Shown piece by piece: positions 13,838 to 29,174 of a stretch of 64,000 bases of DNA; within the stretch, counting starts at the first letter, position 1; every line of letters begins with the position of its first letter. The position numbers were made by a program, and so were the translations under genes. The notes beneath the pieces were generated by a model. It had not been told where the DNA came from, did not search any database, and was given only the letters and a program-made list of their open reading frames with translations. The stretch is from Octopus sinensis (taxonomy: Eukaryota): contig NC_042999.1 in NCBI RefSeq assembly GCF_006345805.1, positions 78,554,001 through 78,618,000 on the forward strand. The letters are read 5' to 3'.

Positions 13838-13970
13838 CCGTGTCGCGTACATATGGCTGTGATCCTTGTGCCTGGTATACCCTTATCTGACGGGTAGTCA
13901 TGATGGGTGTATTGGGCTTCGTATATTTTACCCCAGTGTCAGTTTGATGGCATGCGCTGCTCTCTCACCC
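13838..13970 (+). mobile_element. Element X, 3' 130 bp
   Basis: Matches the 3' end of 8391-8938 and ends in (AAT)n. Confidence 0.85.
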
Positions 13971-15122
13971 AATAATAATAATATTGCTAATAATGATAAT
14001 AAAAAATTGAATGCTTGATTGTATCCCAACATGCCCACAGCCTTCTGTTCGGTAACAAGTAAAATTACAAAGAGTGTACAAATGTCGATGATGATGATGA
14101 TGATGATGATAACGATGAGGACGATGATGATGATGATGAGTACGAAGAAAAACGACGGAGATAAAATTTCTTTATTTGCAACGAGGGGTCTCGACAACAT
14201 TTACAAAGACAAACAAAAAGAAAAAAGCTTCAGCGACAAACATACAATAACAAAATAAATGAAAAAAAAAGTCAAGTAAAACAAGCAACCCATACTCCAT
14301 CACATCACTTCTGTCAAACCCCCCACCAACCCCAACCCCGCAAAAAAAAACAAAAACAAAAAAAAAACAAAAGCTAAAACAACAGCAAAGACAAAACAAC
14401 AGCAAAAAAAAATCAATAAACAAATATAAGTAAATGGCAAAATAAAATTTTAAAATAAAGATACGGCAACAATCAAGAAGGCAATTTAAAAAATATAACC
14501 ACCTTCAGAACACTTTTTTTTTCGTCTCATTTTCGTTTAAATTATTTTGTACCTGAGGGTGATAAACAACAGTTGGCTGTATCAAGAAGGTTCTTTCAGT
14601 TTTGGTAAATACTGTCTATATGTCCCTATATGATGTAGATGGTGGCGTTGTCATCGTCGCCGTCATCGTCGTCGCCGTCGGCGGTGGTGATAGTGGTGGT
14701 AGTTGTAGTACTAGTAGCAACTGTTGTTGTTGTTGTTGGTATTATTGCTGTTGTTGCTGTTGATCTTTCCAGATTCGGCGCTAAATAAGTTTGCAAAGAA
14801 GCGAAGGCTCATGGGATACCTTTCTTACATTAAAAGCAATGTTTTCCATTTCAGTTAATAGTGCATACTTTCGCATACATACATACATACATACATACAT
14901 ACATACATACATACATACATACATACATACATACGTACATACATACAAGCATACACACACATACATACATACATACGAAACACACATACACACGCACACA
15001 CACATGTACCATACATTCATACATGCATGTAACTGGCGCACACATATATATATATACTGATATACACATATGCACGCAGACCCAAACGCATATTGAAATA
15101 TTCTCCGCATATTCAACATAAC

Positions 15123-15222
15123 NNNNNNNNNNNNNNNNNNNNNNNNNNNNNNNNNNNNNNNNNNNNNNNNNNNNNNNNNNNNNNNNNNNNNNNNNNNNNN
15201 NNNNNNNNNNNNNNNNNNNNNN
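15123..15222. other. Assembly gap (100 N)
   Basis: Run of exactly 100 N. Confidence 1.
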
Positions 15223-17007
15223 CAATTTTGCAATAAATATTCTACTCTCAGTGTTGTTACTCACCCAATAAATTTCCCGTTGTTATTCTTAAACTCACTT
15301 TAAAATAGAAAACTGAAATTAGCACACACTCTCATACACAGATACACACATTTCAAAAGATGTGATGGACATTATACATTGCTCAATATACATATTTCGT
15401 TTACTGCTTGTGGTTGCTTATCACATACGGGCATGACTACTTTTGCTTTTATTTGTATATCCCATGACGAATGTACATCCCATCAGTGATGTGCAGCTAG
15501 GTATTTAGAAGGGACATGCTTTCTTCGCGTCACAAATACACAAAGAGATGGAGATTGCCCTGACGTGTGTCGCGGCTTATTGGTCATTTCTCAGACAACA
15601 AGGACTCTCTCATCCTTCTGTTTACGAAGCTATCGCTTTTGATCCAATTATAAAATATTACTTTTCTGAAATGAGTAGATCAATTGGCGGCGTGATTAGA
15701 TACTCAATAAATATTTTCATGCACTTGCAGCGTGTATTACTATAAAATAAAATTGATGTTAGGCTGCCTATTTTAACGCCGTCGCTGTGGAAAGTAAAAA
15801 TTATATGCCAATCAATGTAGTCAGTTCGGATAAAAACTAGTTTGTGACAGACTGAAATAGCGATTGCTTTGATGTTTCCTTTGTAGCTACAAAGCTGAGG
15901 AATGCTTGTTCTCTTAGGAGAGGCTAGCCAACTAGGAAACATGTCGGAGCAATCTCCTCGTTTTCCTTTTTTCCGTCATTGAAGAGAATGACAAAATGTA
16001 TTCATCTTTGTTTATACACACATAAAAATATACGCACACAGATTCATAATTACTAGCGGCACCCGTGAATATTTCATGGAATTAATAGTAAACCCATTGG
16101 GTTTTTCTTGAAAACTTTATCCAAAAAACCTGAAAGTGCAGCCAGCGTTGTGTCTGTATTAAAAGACAGTCGCTCATCTGCTACTCATTGAAAAGTGAAG
16201 GAAATTGGAATACGATGACTCAGTGTGAGGCGACTGTTGTTATCGTAAGGCTTAACTCATCGTAAAGCAAATACCACCATGAGTGACATCCAAACTACAG
16301 TGGAAAAGGCGAGTCACTGGATTTGGTTAAAAAGAGACGATGAGCGATGACTAGAAGAGTACTGACCTATATCTGATAACCAATTGATCTTGCAAGCGGG
16401 GCTTCATTTCAGTGAGGTGAGGTGGGCGGCAGTGCGCAATAATGCCGTCGAGAGCTAGGCACTGAAACGGTGCGCTTTCTTTCTAGATGACCTCATACAC
16501 TAGCTGGCTTCCGGCATGCGGAGCTTTCGACAGGTAGCACTTGCATGTGTAAGTTGTTTGTAAAACATCTACCTAAATAGTGTTTATGCTCAATGTCAAG
16601 ATTGAGCGTATATAATCACCCTACATGACTGTTAAAGTGGACATGAGTTAGTATTTCTGAAAGTAAAGTAAGCCTTAGATAATTTAGAAGGTTCATAAGT
16701 TATAAGATTATTTTTTATCACTAGTGCAACAATAACTTAGTTCAAAATTGTATGTGCCTATGGCTAATATAAGGAAATGCTTATCAACTTGGATTAGGAA
16801 GTTTAAGCCATACTGGAATTAACATTTATCGAAAGAGGAAATATGAACCAGGTTTTTCATAATCATCGGAAAATCGGCAATGAAAAACTCAGAGTAACCA
16901 ATGGCAACCTTAACCCATATAATAAGGACATACATACATACATACATACATACATACCATACATACATACATACATCTATATATATACATACATTACAGA
17001 TATAATT

Positions 17008-17082
<75 letters not shown>

Positions 17083-17789
17083 TTGGATATGTATGAGCAT
17101 GTATAGATGTATACGCTATCTTAAAGGTAAGATATTATTTAGTATTGACATATACAAATACAAAACGCAATGCTGATGTCAAAGCGTTATTTTTAAAGTA
17201 GCGTGTTCGCTCTTTTATACAACATACATACACAATCATACATAATACATACAACACACAGTAAATACACAACACCATATATATATACATGCAGGCATAT
17301 ATATATATATATATATATATCTATAATATATATATATATATTATATATATATATATTAAATATATATACATTAAATAAATATATGTATATATCTTATATT
17401 TACGTACATACACATACATACATACATACATACATGCGCATACACACACGCTATGCGCACACACACAAACACGTAAATGCTTCAATTAGATTTAGATAAT
17501 GTCAATGAATTCCAGAGATATGACTCGAGATGATTTTACAATGAGAAGCGGGAAAGATAGAAGCGGATGGTAGGGTAGAAAGATAGCGCTTCGTTAGTTC
17601 ATACATATTTAAATATTTCTATTGAATATCGTGCCTGATAGAAAGAACTGTTTTTTCTATCGGTCGTGTTTACAGGTGATTATTGTTGTTGCAGCTCATA
17701 AAGGTAAATTACATGAAATAATTATGAAGCTGTATTCACATTATCAATCCGAAGATTAAATACAATAGACAGGATATCTGCGTGTAACG

Positions 17790-17823
<34 letters not shown>

Positions 17824-17903
17824 TATTATTATTATTATTATTGATAATAATAATAATAATGATAATGATGATGATGATGTTGATGATGATGATGATGATG
17901 ATA

Positions 17904-17942
<39 letters not shown>

Positions 17943-17978
17943 GTGATGATGATAATAATAATAATGATAATAATAATG

Positions 17979-18045
<67 letters not shown>

Positions 18046-20993
18046 TTTCTTTATTAACCACCAGGGTTTACATTAAGAAAAACATTATGGACAGTACAGG
18101 ACAAAACAAAGAATGTGTGTGTGTGTATGTGTGTGAGTGTGTGCTGCGAGGGTTTTGTGTGTAAACAAAACCAACAAAATTTAAAATAATCAACAATGTG
18201 TGATCCTCATTGGTGGAGGAAACGGTCGAACGCTGCTCATGGAAAAACCCCTTAAAAAAGCATGGTTACCCTGACTTTTGGGGCAGGTGCATTCTTTCCT
18301 TTCCTTTTTTTACTTTTCAACTACAGCCGTATGCTCAGAGCAGGTCCATTCACCCGCACCATTCTCGTCACTTTCATGCCTCTACCCTTATTTTCCTTTC
18401 CAAGTGAAACTTGAAGTAATAAATGTTTCTCTTTATTCATCACAAGAGTCCACCTATTCACTTCAAAATCGGTTGCAGAAAGGGGTTAGAAGTGAGAGTA
18501 TGTACATATATGTATGCGTATCTTTTCTATTTTTAATTATTATAAATCTTCCACTGAGGAGTGAGCCGGTTTCGAAGCAAGATACAACGCTCCATCTTTG
18601 GGATGTAGTTAACACAGACAAATTCACATTTGGAACTTGAGAAAAGTCTTGTATATTTTTGCTGTTCCACTCACAGATTGCACTTCTAATGTACGAATTA
18701 GCCGGTATGTATGTATGTATGTATGTATGTATGTATGTATGTATGTATGTATGTATGTATGTATGCATGTATGTAGGTATGCATGCATGCATGTAAGTAT
18801 GTATGTATGTATGTGTGTGTGTATGTGTGTATGTGTGTTTGTGTGCTTGTGTGTGTGATATTAAACGGGACGTGGGGAAGAAAACATACAGTATATTATA
18901 TTGCATCTCTCTATCCCTTCAAGCGTTACATTCTTGATATCCTGTTAGATCAATGGTTGAAAGACTGAGATGGTATTTATGTTGGTTCGCGACTACTACA
19001 TTGGCACTCAAAACAATTAGTGAAAGTATGCTATCAAGTCCAGTTGTAAGTGATGGCTATTGTCTTTTTATCGCTTGTGGCTCGTAAGAATATCAGACAA
19101 ATGCCTCCCGATATTTATTATGTATCTTTACGTTCTGAGTTCAAATCACTCCAAGGACAACTTCACCTTTCGTTCCTCTGAAATCGATGAAATAAAGCTG
19201 TAAATTCTCCCACTCAGTTTCTGTGACATTAAGGTGTGCTGTCAAAAAGATGTAGGTAAGATACTCAAAATATTCCTCTGTCCTAAGACAATTACTTAAC
19301 TTCTTTTGTATAAAAAGAATATAGTCTCCAAGACTGAAGTAGATATGAAGTAGAGATGAAGTCACATGAAGCTTAATAAAAATATTCCTTTCATTGTGGG
19401 CGTGGAAAGAAATGGAATGAAATTGTTAGTGCAAAGCAAAAGACCATCTGCTATATGCGTGGCAGTAGAGGCCATTTGAAGGTTTTCTATCCGGAAGAAC
19501 TTGAAATGTAAACAAGAAATGATGACAATAGAAAACACTGTTCTGGAAGCACCATCGCTAGAAGCTTTGGAAATAGCGAAAGAGATCGCTTCTTTATCAT
19601 TCTCGGATGCTGCCCACCAGGAACGTTGTATTATGGAAGACTCGTCAACGCAAGCTTAACGAAATGTGACCTGTGGTCATAGAACATCAAAATGGGCTTG
19701 CAAGTCCAAAGGATACCAGAAAGCCACAGTGGTATACGAGAAATGTGCCCAGTAGAAGGGTGCAAGACAAAGGTCGTTAGATTGATGATATAGAGTAGAA
19801 AACCTAATTGTTATATATGTCGGAAAAATTCACTCCTTAATGCTGAAAGCCCTGCAAAACCGGAAATGTTAAGCAAAATTAAAAAAAGAAAAATAACGAA
19901 AATCAACAGCAACAACAAAAAGAACAAGAAACTCTAGTTTTCAGAGCACCACCAGCCAAAAATCTGGGGAGAGCAAAGGAAATATTATCCAGTATCATAA
20001 GAAGATGAGCAAATACTACGTCTCTTAAGGGTACGAACCTGTAGTAGTAAAACATTCTTAATGCGAAGCGAAAGAAATGATTATGGAAAATAGAGGAAAA
20101 AAATCACAGAATAAAGTTTTAATATCAACAAAACAGGTGAAAAGAAACAATTTCATCAAATCGACAACGAAATCATTTTCCAGGAAAATAACAAATAGAG
20201 TGAAGAGAATGAAGATGAACTAAAATTTACGATTCTTCCCAAATCAATAAAACAGCTAATAGACGCATCTCTGGTGCCACAAACACTTCGAAATTGCAAT
20301 GTCAAAAATACATTTAGGTTCAGAATAACAGCATCATGCAAAAACTACAATAGATTGTATGTAAACTCAAAGCCAATATGTTATATCAAAACTTAAAAAG
20401 AATGTCTTCAGTATGTCGGTATCTTGCACTACCGCATGTCACAAAAAATGCTTACTAGTGCGTTCAGTTGCACTCGAACATGATTTGAAAAAAGGTTAAG
20501 TGAGCGGGTCGTATAGTATGCAACACAACCTAGTTAGATAATCTTTCATGTTCTAGTTTTCAAATCATATCCTGTTTTAATAATTTTGTTTTATTGTGCT
20601 TCTTATTTATTTCGTGAAAATGTGTATATGTATGAATATCTATTTCTGTGTATGAAACTATGTATGTATGTATGTATGTATGTATGTATGTATGTATGTA
20701 TCTACCTAGGTATACAAACACGCATATACATGCAACATATGTGCATGTGTGCACCATCAAATATTGTTAGTACCTCATTCCATATATTGTAATACATGTC
20801 TTAACAGCTTTTCATAATTTGAAAATTTATCTTTTGCAGACTCCACGTTAACCTTTCTTTGAAATCTCTTGTGATACTTTCGTACTTTTTATACCGCTTC
20901 TAGCCATTGTGCCTAATAAGGAAACGAAATAATTATTATTATCGCAATTATTATTATTATTATTATTATTACTACACATCATCATCATCATCA

Positions 20994-21029
<36 letters not shown>

Positions 21030-21072
21030 TATTATTATTTTTATTATTATTATTATTATTATATTATTATTA

Positions 21073-21144
<72 letters not shown>

Positions 21145-21539
21145 ATCATCGTTAGTATTGCTATTATTTTTTGTACAGATGTTTCTTACTAATGTATCTG
21201 CCATAACATCCCATTTAAAATGTTTCATTCTATAAAAAGGCTTTCTTATTGCTTTTCATTCTAGCTTTTTTCTTTATGTTAGTTTAAGAAACAGAAGTAT
21301 TTACCTCCCCCAAAATAAAGAACAACAAGGAAAAAGTAAGAAACATAACAAGCACTCAAAGTAGACACAACATGCTATAAAGCTCGATCAAGTATCTCAT
21401 ATAAAGATTCTTTGCACAGCAAATATTATTGCTATTTGTCGAAAGATGATAGCTAGTTTGTTTACGTTTTACACGATTCTTAACAGGCTGGTTTGTTCTT
21501 AATGTTGGCTGGCTGGTTGATTCTGCCCGGTAGCTATGA

Positions 21540-21573
21540 TATATATATATATATATTATATATATAATATATA

Positions 21574-21615
<42 letters not shown>

Positions 21616-21625
21616 TATATATATC

Positions 21626-21678
<53 letters not shown>

Positions 21679-21715
21679 ATATGTATGTATGTATGTATGT
21701 ATGCATGTATGTATG

Positions 21716-21747
<32 letters not shown>

Positions 21748-21780
21748 ATGTATGTATGTATGTATATATGTATGTATGTA

Positions 21781-21820
<40 letters not shown>

Positions 21821-21958
21821 TATATATATATATGTATACATACATATATGTATATATATATATATATATATAATATATTATATATATATATATTTATAAA
21901 TATATATGTATTAGATGTGCATGTATAAATGTATATCCAAATATATGACTATATATAT

Positions 21959-21991
<33 letters not shown>

Positions 21992-22004
21992 ATATGTATG
22001 TATG

Positions 22005-22038
<34 letters not shown>

Positions 22039-22195
22039 TGTATGTATGCATGTATGTATGTATATATATATATATATTATATATATATATGTATGTATGT
22101 ATATATGTATGTATGTATATATATATATATAATATATATATATATATATTATATATATATATATGTATGTATGCATGTATGTATATATATTATAT

Positions 22196-22265
<70 letters not shown>

Positions 22266-22420
22266 CATACATACATATGCATATATGTATGTATTTATCT
22301 ATATATATATGTATACATACATATATGTATATATATATATATATATAATATATATATTATATATATATATATATATAATATATATATATATATGTATTCA
22401 CGCACACATATATACACGCG
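21540..22420. repeat. (TA)n/(TATG)n compound microsatellite, about 900 bp
   Basis: Directly visible. Similar tracts at 26980-28450, 43420-44250 and 53960-56070. Confidence 0.95.
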
Positions 22421-23282
22421 CTCACATATGCGCACACACTTACACACAAGCACAGATTCTTATAAGTTGAAGTTGTTATTGTAAAGTCAGAGTGGGATGG
22501 TAATCCCGTGACCTTTGCAGGGTCTTCAAGATTAGAGAGAGATTGATGTGGTTGACATCAACTTTGAATTTTTTTGTAGGTATATGTATAAACAATAAGC
22601 GTAGGCGGAGGGCTGGATAGTATCAATTTACAGTGAGACGTAATTCCGGGAAGGAATGATTGGAAAAGTGTTTAGTGTGAGGTACGAGGCAGAGGTGAGA
22701 CACAGCAAAGGTTTTGAAATAAAAAGAGAAGAATTGTTTGGTTGCTCCCAAGAAAACTATATTCAACAAGTTAGTAGAGAGAGGATCAATAGCCAAATGC
22801 TATAGCAGTATCAAAATCAAAGAAATGAAACATGTATTTCTCGATTTTTATTTGGTTTAAGTCATTTGATTGGAGTTACGCTGTTGTAGTTCTTTAAAGG
22901 GCAATAGTAGATCATATCGAGCACAGGAATTGACAGAAATCATTTTATCGAGCCCCTTGGAGTGATAATTACATTATCGATTTTAGAAGAATAAAAATAC
23001 AATTAATATTCATGAGATTTTGTTTTTTAGTAATAAGCAAAGATGAAATAATATCGGATACAGAGAGATGTTCTAAAGTTTCGCTCGAAACTAGACGTTT
23101 CCAGCGGTGGTTTCAAATCTTCTACATGTAGATGTTATTTAACTAATTCTGAAGCATCTATGTAATGTATGTATGTACGTATCTGTCTGTCTGTCTGCCT
23201 GCCCGTCTGTCTGCCTGTCAATGCATATAAGGTCATTCTGTAAAACCTGACGTTTATACGTCGTCTTCGACGGGAGATTCCA

Positions 23283-23340
<58 letters not shown>

Positions 23341-24516
23341 GCACGCACACACACACTTGATATCTAAAAATTTGAGTCAAATATCTGGATGCAGTTACAA
23401 TATTTGAATGAAATAAAAGATTTTCTTAAATTAGAACTTTTAAAATTTTATATATATATATATATGAATAAATCTTTAAAAAAACAAAAAAACAGATTAA
23501 CGTAGACCTGGCGTGTTCGAAAAACTGAAGGCAGTGAAAGCGTTTACGTAAAAGTTTCCTCCCATCAGATCCATGTTAATCTGCTTTCTAAAAAGATTTT
23601 AGAAAAATATTATTTTTATTTAGTAAGTAATAGTATACGTACACACGCACATACACGCGCGCTCACACACAAACACACCCACACTCACACAGAGGCATAC
23701 GCACATATCTTATGTATGCATGCCTGTATGCAAGCAGTGAATCCAAATAAGTTTTATGAGAAATTATGCCTGATAATGGCCGATTGGACCGTTTGAACCA
23801 ATCGTTTTCATTGTTATTTAACAAGTCACGAGAACCTATTTACGTCTGTTTTGTAGGATGACGAGCACACGTGACGAAGGCTACTTAGAATATACAAAAG
23901 TATAGTCTTAAATGCATCATTTAAATAATGGTTTAAATAATGATGCAAGGTTGGCGGCTGAACAAAGACAACGAGTACCAATATAATACCTGATGAATTA
24001 AGTAAGAATGAAATTTTTAGCTTCGACTCCCATTGCATGTAAGCGAAACGGTTCCCATTGGGTCCAGTTTCACAGCGGGACTAAATACATATAAGTATTA
24101 ACCAATTCATTTATTTCATATCTATAATCCTCGCTGTATTGATACACTGGTAATAAGTAAGCATTTAATGCAACGCCATCTCAATTTAATGAAAAAAAAA
24201 AAAAAATACAAAGCTACAAAAAATAAAAAACAATCTTCCTTTCAGCACTTTTCCTCATTCTAAACACTATTTCTATCAACCTTTCTTTCTTGGCTGTGCA
24301 CCGAGCATATGTATTACCTCCCTTTACGTTGTAAGTTGAAATTTTGTCGTGGTTGACAGTATATTTAATTTTAACTGTAGCATAAAATAAGTTCCAGTTA
24401 AATAATACCGGCTTCGATAAAATCAATTGTCACTCATCCGAGTTTTGTGGTTTTATTTTGTTTTTAATGGCTTAGTCAGAGAAGGAAGGAGACATCCAGG
24501 ACCATTTTCAAATACA

Positions 24517-24906
24517 TCTATATATATAAAGCTGAAGTTGTCTGCGTATGGCAGGTTTGGTAGCCTTCAACTAACACTATCTCCTCCGAGACCCTGCGGC
24601 GCAAGTTGACCCAAATTGAAAGTATGATACAAGAAGGCTTGCTTTTCCTTCCGGAGAATAAAAAATTCTAATCGGACCATGGTAAGACCAAAAATTATTA
24701 ACATAAAAAAGGTGCTTTTTTTTCTATGAAAATCCCTATTTTTTACGATTTTTTGACTGCTGTGTCGCCATTTTCGGTGTATTTCAACCAGAAAAATGCT
24801 CACTTAAAGAGAATAACATGCTACATAATGCAACATTTTTACTTTTCAAAAGTTCCAATTCTAAAGGGTCGAAACAAACCCGAGCAATGCCGGGCGACAC
24901 TGCTAG
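24517..24906 (+). mobile_element. Non-autonomous Helitron-type element
   Basis: 5' TC (a|tctatatatataaa), 3' CTAG|t, subterminal hairpin cccgagcaatgccggg, inserted between A and T, no TSD. Confidence 0.8.
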
Positions 24907-25129
24907 TCGTTAATGATAAGAGAAGGAAGAAGTCACTAACCCAGTCACAATAGAGAAGCTTACCAACTGTTAACTTCGAAACATAAAGTCAAAACCGTGT
25001 ATCGATTACCCTTTTCTTTCGTTTATGCACTTAGACATACACGTTCCAATCTTGTTGAGCCCTATCTAAAAACCAAAAACAAGTAATTGAAGATGAAGAA
25101 TTATTCATCACTTAATCATTGAAGAATAT

Positions 25130-26000
25130 ACATATACTCACATATATCATGATATCTGTGAACAGTTAAGGAATTAAAGGGCTTAATTGTCCCTTTTCTG
25201 TTAAAATATTACCTAATTTGAACATTTTAAAACCAACTTTCTTCATCAGCCTGATGAAAAAAAAACTTAATACAATACCACTTCATTCTCAAACACTAGA
25301 TTTAAATTTAAAAATAGGCAAACATTACTCTTACAGAAAGCCATATACACATCCTATACACACTTTATAAACATCCCCAAATTTTGAAATCACTCCTCAG
25401 TAATTTAGGGACGTTGTACTTTATGAGGTAGAAAAGGTTTCAATCTATCTTGGGACAAATATACATTCGACACCACTATTTTATTAACGAAGTATTTTCA
25501 GTTAGAAATGAGTTTTTATGAAGGGCATCCCACCAAACCTTGACAAGGGAACCAAGACAAGGAATATCACCCGGCTTAATCTTAGTTGAACGTTGCCACA
25601 AACATACCTAGCGATTGTTTAGCTGCTATAAAACAAAGCTTCCCACTGATACAGACATCATTCAACAAGCAACTTCAATTGTCGAAATCCAATTATCGGC
25701 TCACTTAGGAAAATCTGTCATTTCAAAGGGGTTGTATATCGAGTATTCGTAACACCCCTGCAGGGTGTGAACTCACTAAGAGCATTTTCAAGGCTCGTTA
25801 TCGTCAGTATCTATACCCATTTACTTCAAAGCACATAGAAAATTCTAATTCCTTGTTCTAATTTATCTGAAAATCAGATATCAAAGATCTAAACGCTCTC
25901 CAATAACATAGAGTATTGTCGATAATGATGTTCCCAATTTTAGCAGCTTACAAACCTGTAGGCATTGTCTAAGTGACAAACTCCAGATATGAAGTAGCTA
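25130..26000 (+). pseudogene. Decayed Penelope-like element (RT thumb plus GIY-YIG region)
   Basis: Broken translations TLDLNLKIGKHYSYRKPYTHP, HPQILKSL, RNITRLNL, NVATNIP...SFP and KGVVYRV resemble PLE motifs FLDVT..YRKP..NHP, RNIIWFNPP and GVVY. Boundaries approximate. Confidence 0.6.
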
Positions 26001-27001
26001 GTGTTATCTCTCAATCGGAGGTTCGAAATATCTAACATATCGGAAGATGTTGCTCCTGAACAATTTCCAGATACCTGATTACCTTAGTACAAACTATAAA
26101 AAATCATAGACATCGGCTCAGACAAGCTCTACTGAGTGTACACCTAGCGGCCATAGATTAGACTCAGTAGCCTTCCATACATCAAAATAGTCAATTCATT
26201 TTTGACCAGCAATGACTTGACTAGACTTAAATCTGATCTAATGGCAAAAATAGTGATTTATGGTGACATCATCCATGAATATTTTTGCATGTGTGAAACC
26301 TGGAGTAACAATGGGATAAACCACAACTCTAAGCTTATAAATATAAACTCTACATCACGTATTGAGTGTTCTTTGCTATCGTTTCTATACATAAAACTGT
26401 ATATATGTACATATATGTGTGTGTACGTGTGTGTGTGTGTGCGTGCGTGTGAATACATACACAGGCACACATACACACATCCACACACACACACATAGTA
26501 TGTATTCTTGTACATGTATACACGCTTGTAAGATTGTTTATTTTGCGGATGGGCTTTATAGCAGGGGAGACGGCAAAAAAATTCGCCTCTGTTACGGTCG
26601 ACTGACCTATCCAAGAATATAACAGAAATTAAATGGAATTACAAAGAATCGCTTACCATTTAGGCCATGCTTGAGAACGAAATGGGTAAAACCATCTTCA
26701 AATGGCTTCATATGGAAGAATAATTGTCTCGTTTGTTTATTTTCGGAGTTTTTGTTGTTTTTTCAGTTCTTCTTTTCTGATGTGTTTTGTTATTTCTTAT
26801 GTTGTTGTTTTTTGGTGTTGGGGTGAATGTTGACGAGATTTTATTATTATTTTTTTATATTTTTCTACCAATACACAAACATTATATTTATTCGCTTAGT
26901 TATTTTGTTAAACACACACACACACGCATACACACATAAATACACAAACACTTACAAATACACACACACAAATACGCACATACACACATATATAGATATA
27001 C

Positions 27002-27053
<52 letters not shown>

Positions 27054-27192
27054 GTATATTGATATATATACGCATACACACACATATGTATACACATTTA
27101 TAAGCATATGTATATATATATACATATATGCATGTATATATATATATGATTGTATGTATATGTATGCTTGCATACATGTGTGTATATATATA

Positions 27193-27232
<40 letters not shown>

Positions 27233-27382
27233 TATATATATACATACACGTATGCACGTATATGTATGCGTGCATACAAACATATATACAGGTATATATA
27301 TACATACATTCACACATATATATGTATATGTATACATACATTCACACATATATATAAATATATATATATATTTATACGTATG

Positions 27383-27418
<36 letters not shown>

Positions 27419-27727
27419 ATACACGTATACATACATGCTATGCGCATATTATGTATATAGGGATATATAATGGTATATAAAAGTTTATATACACTTATAG
27501 ACACATTTTCGTGTCCGTGCATGTGGTATGTCTAAAGTTATATTATGTGTTAGGCTAATGTAAATGATGGCGTACGCTACAGTTTCTCATGTGATTCGCA
27601 ATGAAATCGCGTATTATTGTGATTCTTCTGTGTTGACTGAACACAAGAGAATAAATAAATGGATGCGGAGGGGTAATCTAACTTCCAGATGTACGAATCT
27701 GTGTATCTAAATATTCGTACATTCATG

Positions 27728-27794
<67 letters not shown>

Positions 27795-27839
27795 ATAGGT
27801 ATATGTATTATGATATATTTTTTGTATTGTTTGTGTACT

Positions 27840-27876
<37 letters not shown>

Positions 27877-27967
27877 GATCTTGTTTAGATCTTTTTATAT
27901 TTATATATATTTTTTGTATCTTTATATTTGTATTGGGAATGTGAATATGTTGCTTGCGTATAATTAT

Positions 27968-28013
<46 letters not shown>

Positions 28014-28342
28014 ATATATATGTATGTATATGTATATATGCATACTAGCACACACGTACAATATATACAGACACACACACATTAAAAAAATTACGTTTCA
28101 AGACTTTCGGGGATATGTATGCATGTACATACGTTCGTCAACACCACACACACACACACACGCAAACACATATGTGTGTGTGTACAAATATATATATATA
28201 TGTATATATATGCATATATATGTATTTATTTATGTGTATATACATACATACATACATATATATATACCAATGTGTGTGTATATATATATATACATATATA
28301 TATATATAATATATATATATATATAAATATACATATACATAC

Positions 28343-28373
<31 letters not shown>

Positions 28374-28375
28374 AT

Positions 28376-28424
<49 letters not shown>

Positions 28425-29174
28425 ACACACATACACATACACACACAGACACGCATATATTTTTAGGGATGGGATGATATTTTTATCGTGTTAATGTCGA
28501 TCTAACCGTGTGTTTGCATCATTATATATACTGACTGCATGCTTGCATGTGTATACATAATTCGTTTTACATACATATACACATATGTACACATATACCT
28601 ATATAAACACACGTATACATACACTTACTTGATCTATCACACACACATACACACACACTTATATTTACATATATATGTATACTTAGACGTACGCAAATAT
28701 TCGTACATTAGTCACTGCAAAATTTCCAGCTACCTTCTGGGGAACAAAAATGTAATAGGTTTGGCAGAGTGTGGAAGGGCTTTTTGTTCAGAGCATCTTA
28801 TCATGCTGTAAACACCTCTTGCTGTGTCTTCTAATAGATTCTTTCATACAACTAATTTTTTCTTCTTGCATGCTCTGATGAATGTCCTATGATTGCTTAA
28901 TACATCTCTAGTGCAAGGGAGACCTCTTGGGTAGACTGTTTGATTTGAAGACCAAGTGTAAATAGGACACAAGAATTTGGTCTGTTGGTTACGCGAAAAT
29001 ACTCATGACTTGATTTTCCCAGTCTTTTGTACAGAACAGGACTTGTACATTTAGTATGAATATAAATGAACTAACAGAAGTACTCGGCCTTGCACCCGTG
29101 CCTTTAATATCTAAAATAATCGCAAAGAATTTACTATATTTTCGATAAATTACTTTTAAAAAATGCTGACAGAT

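Noticed and set aside
18581-18607. WD40-like peptide DTTLHLWDV
   Set aside because: Single short match, a stop ten codons later, no convincing splice sites or further repeats.
28800-29100. Possible Tc1/mariner fragment on the minus strand
   Set aside because: Only a vague ARRKK-like peptide; no TIR, TA duplication or DDE motif found.
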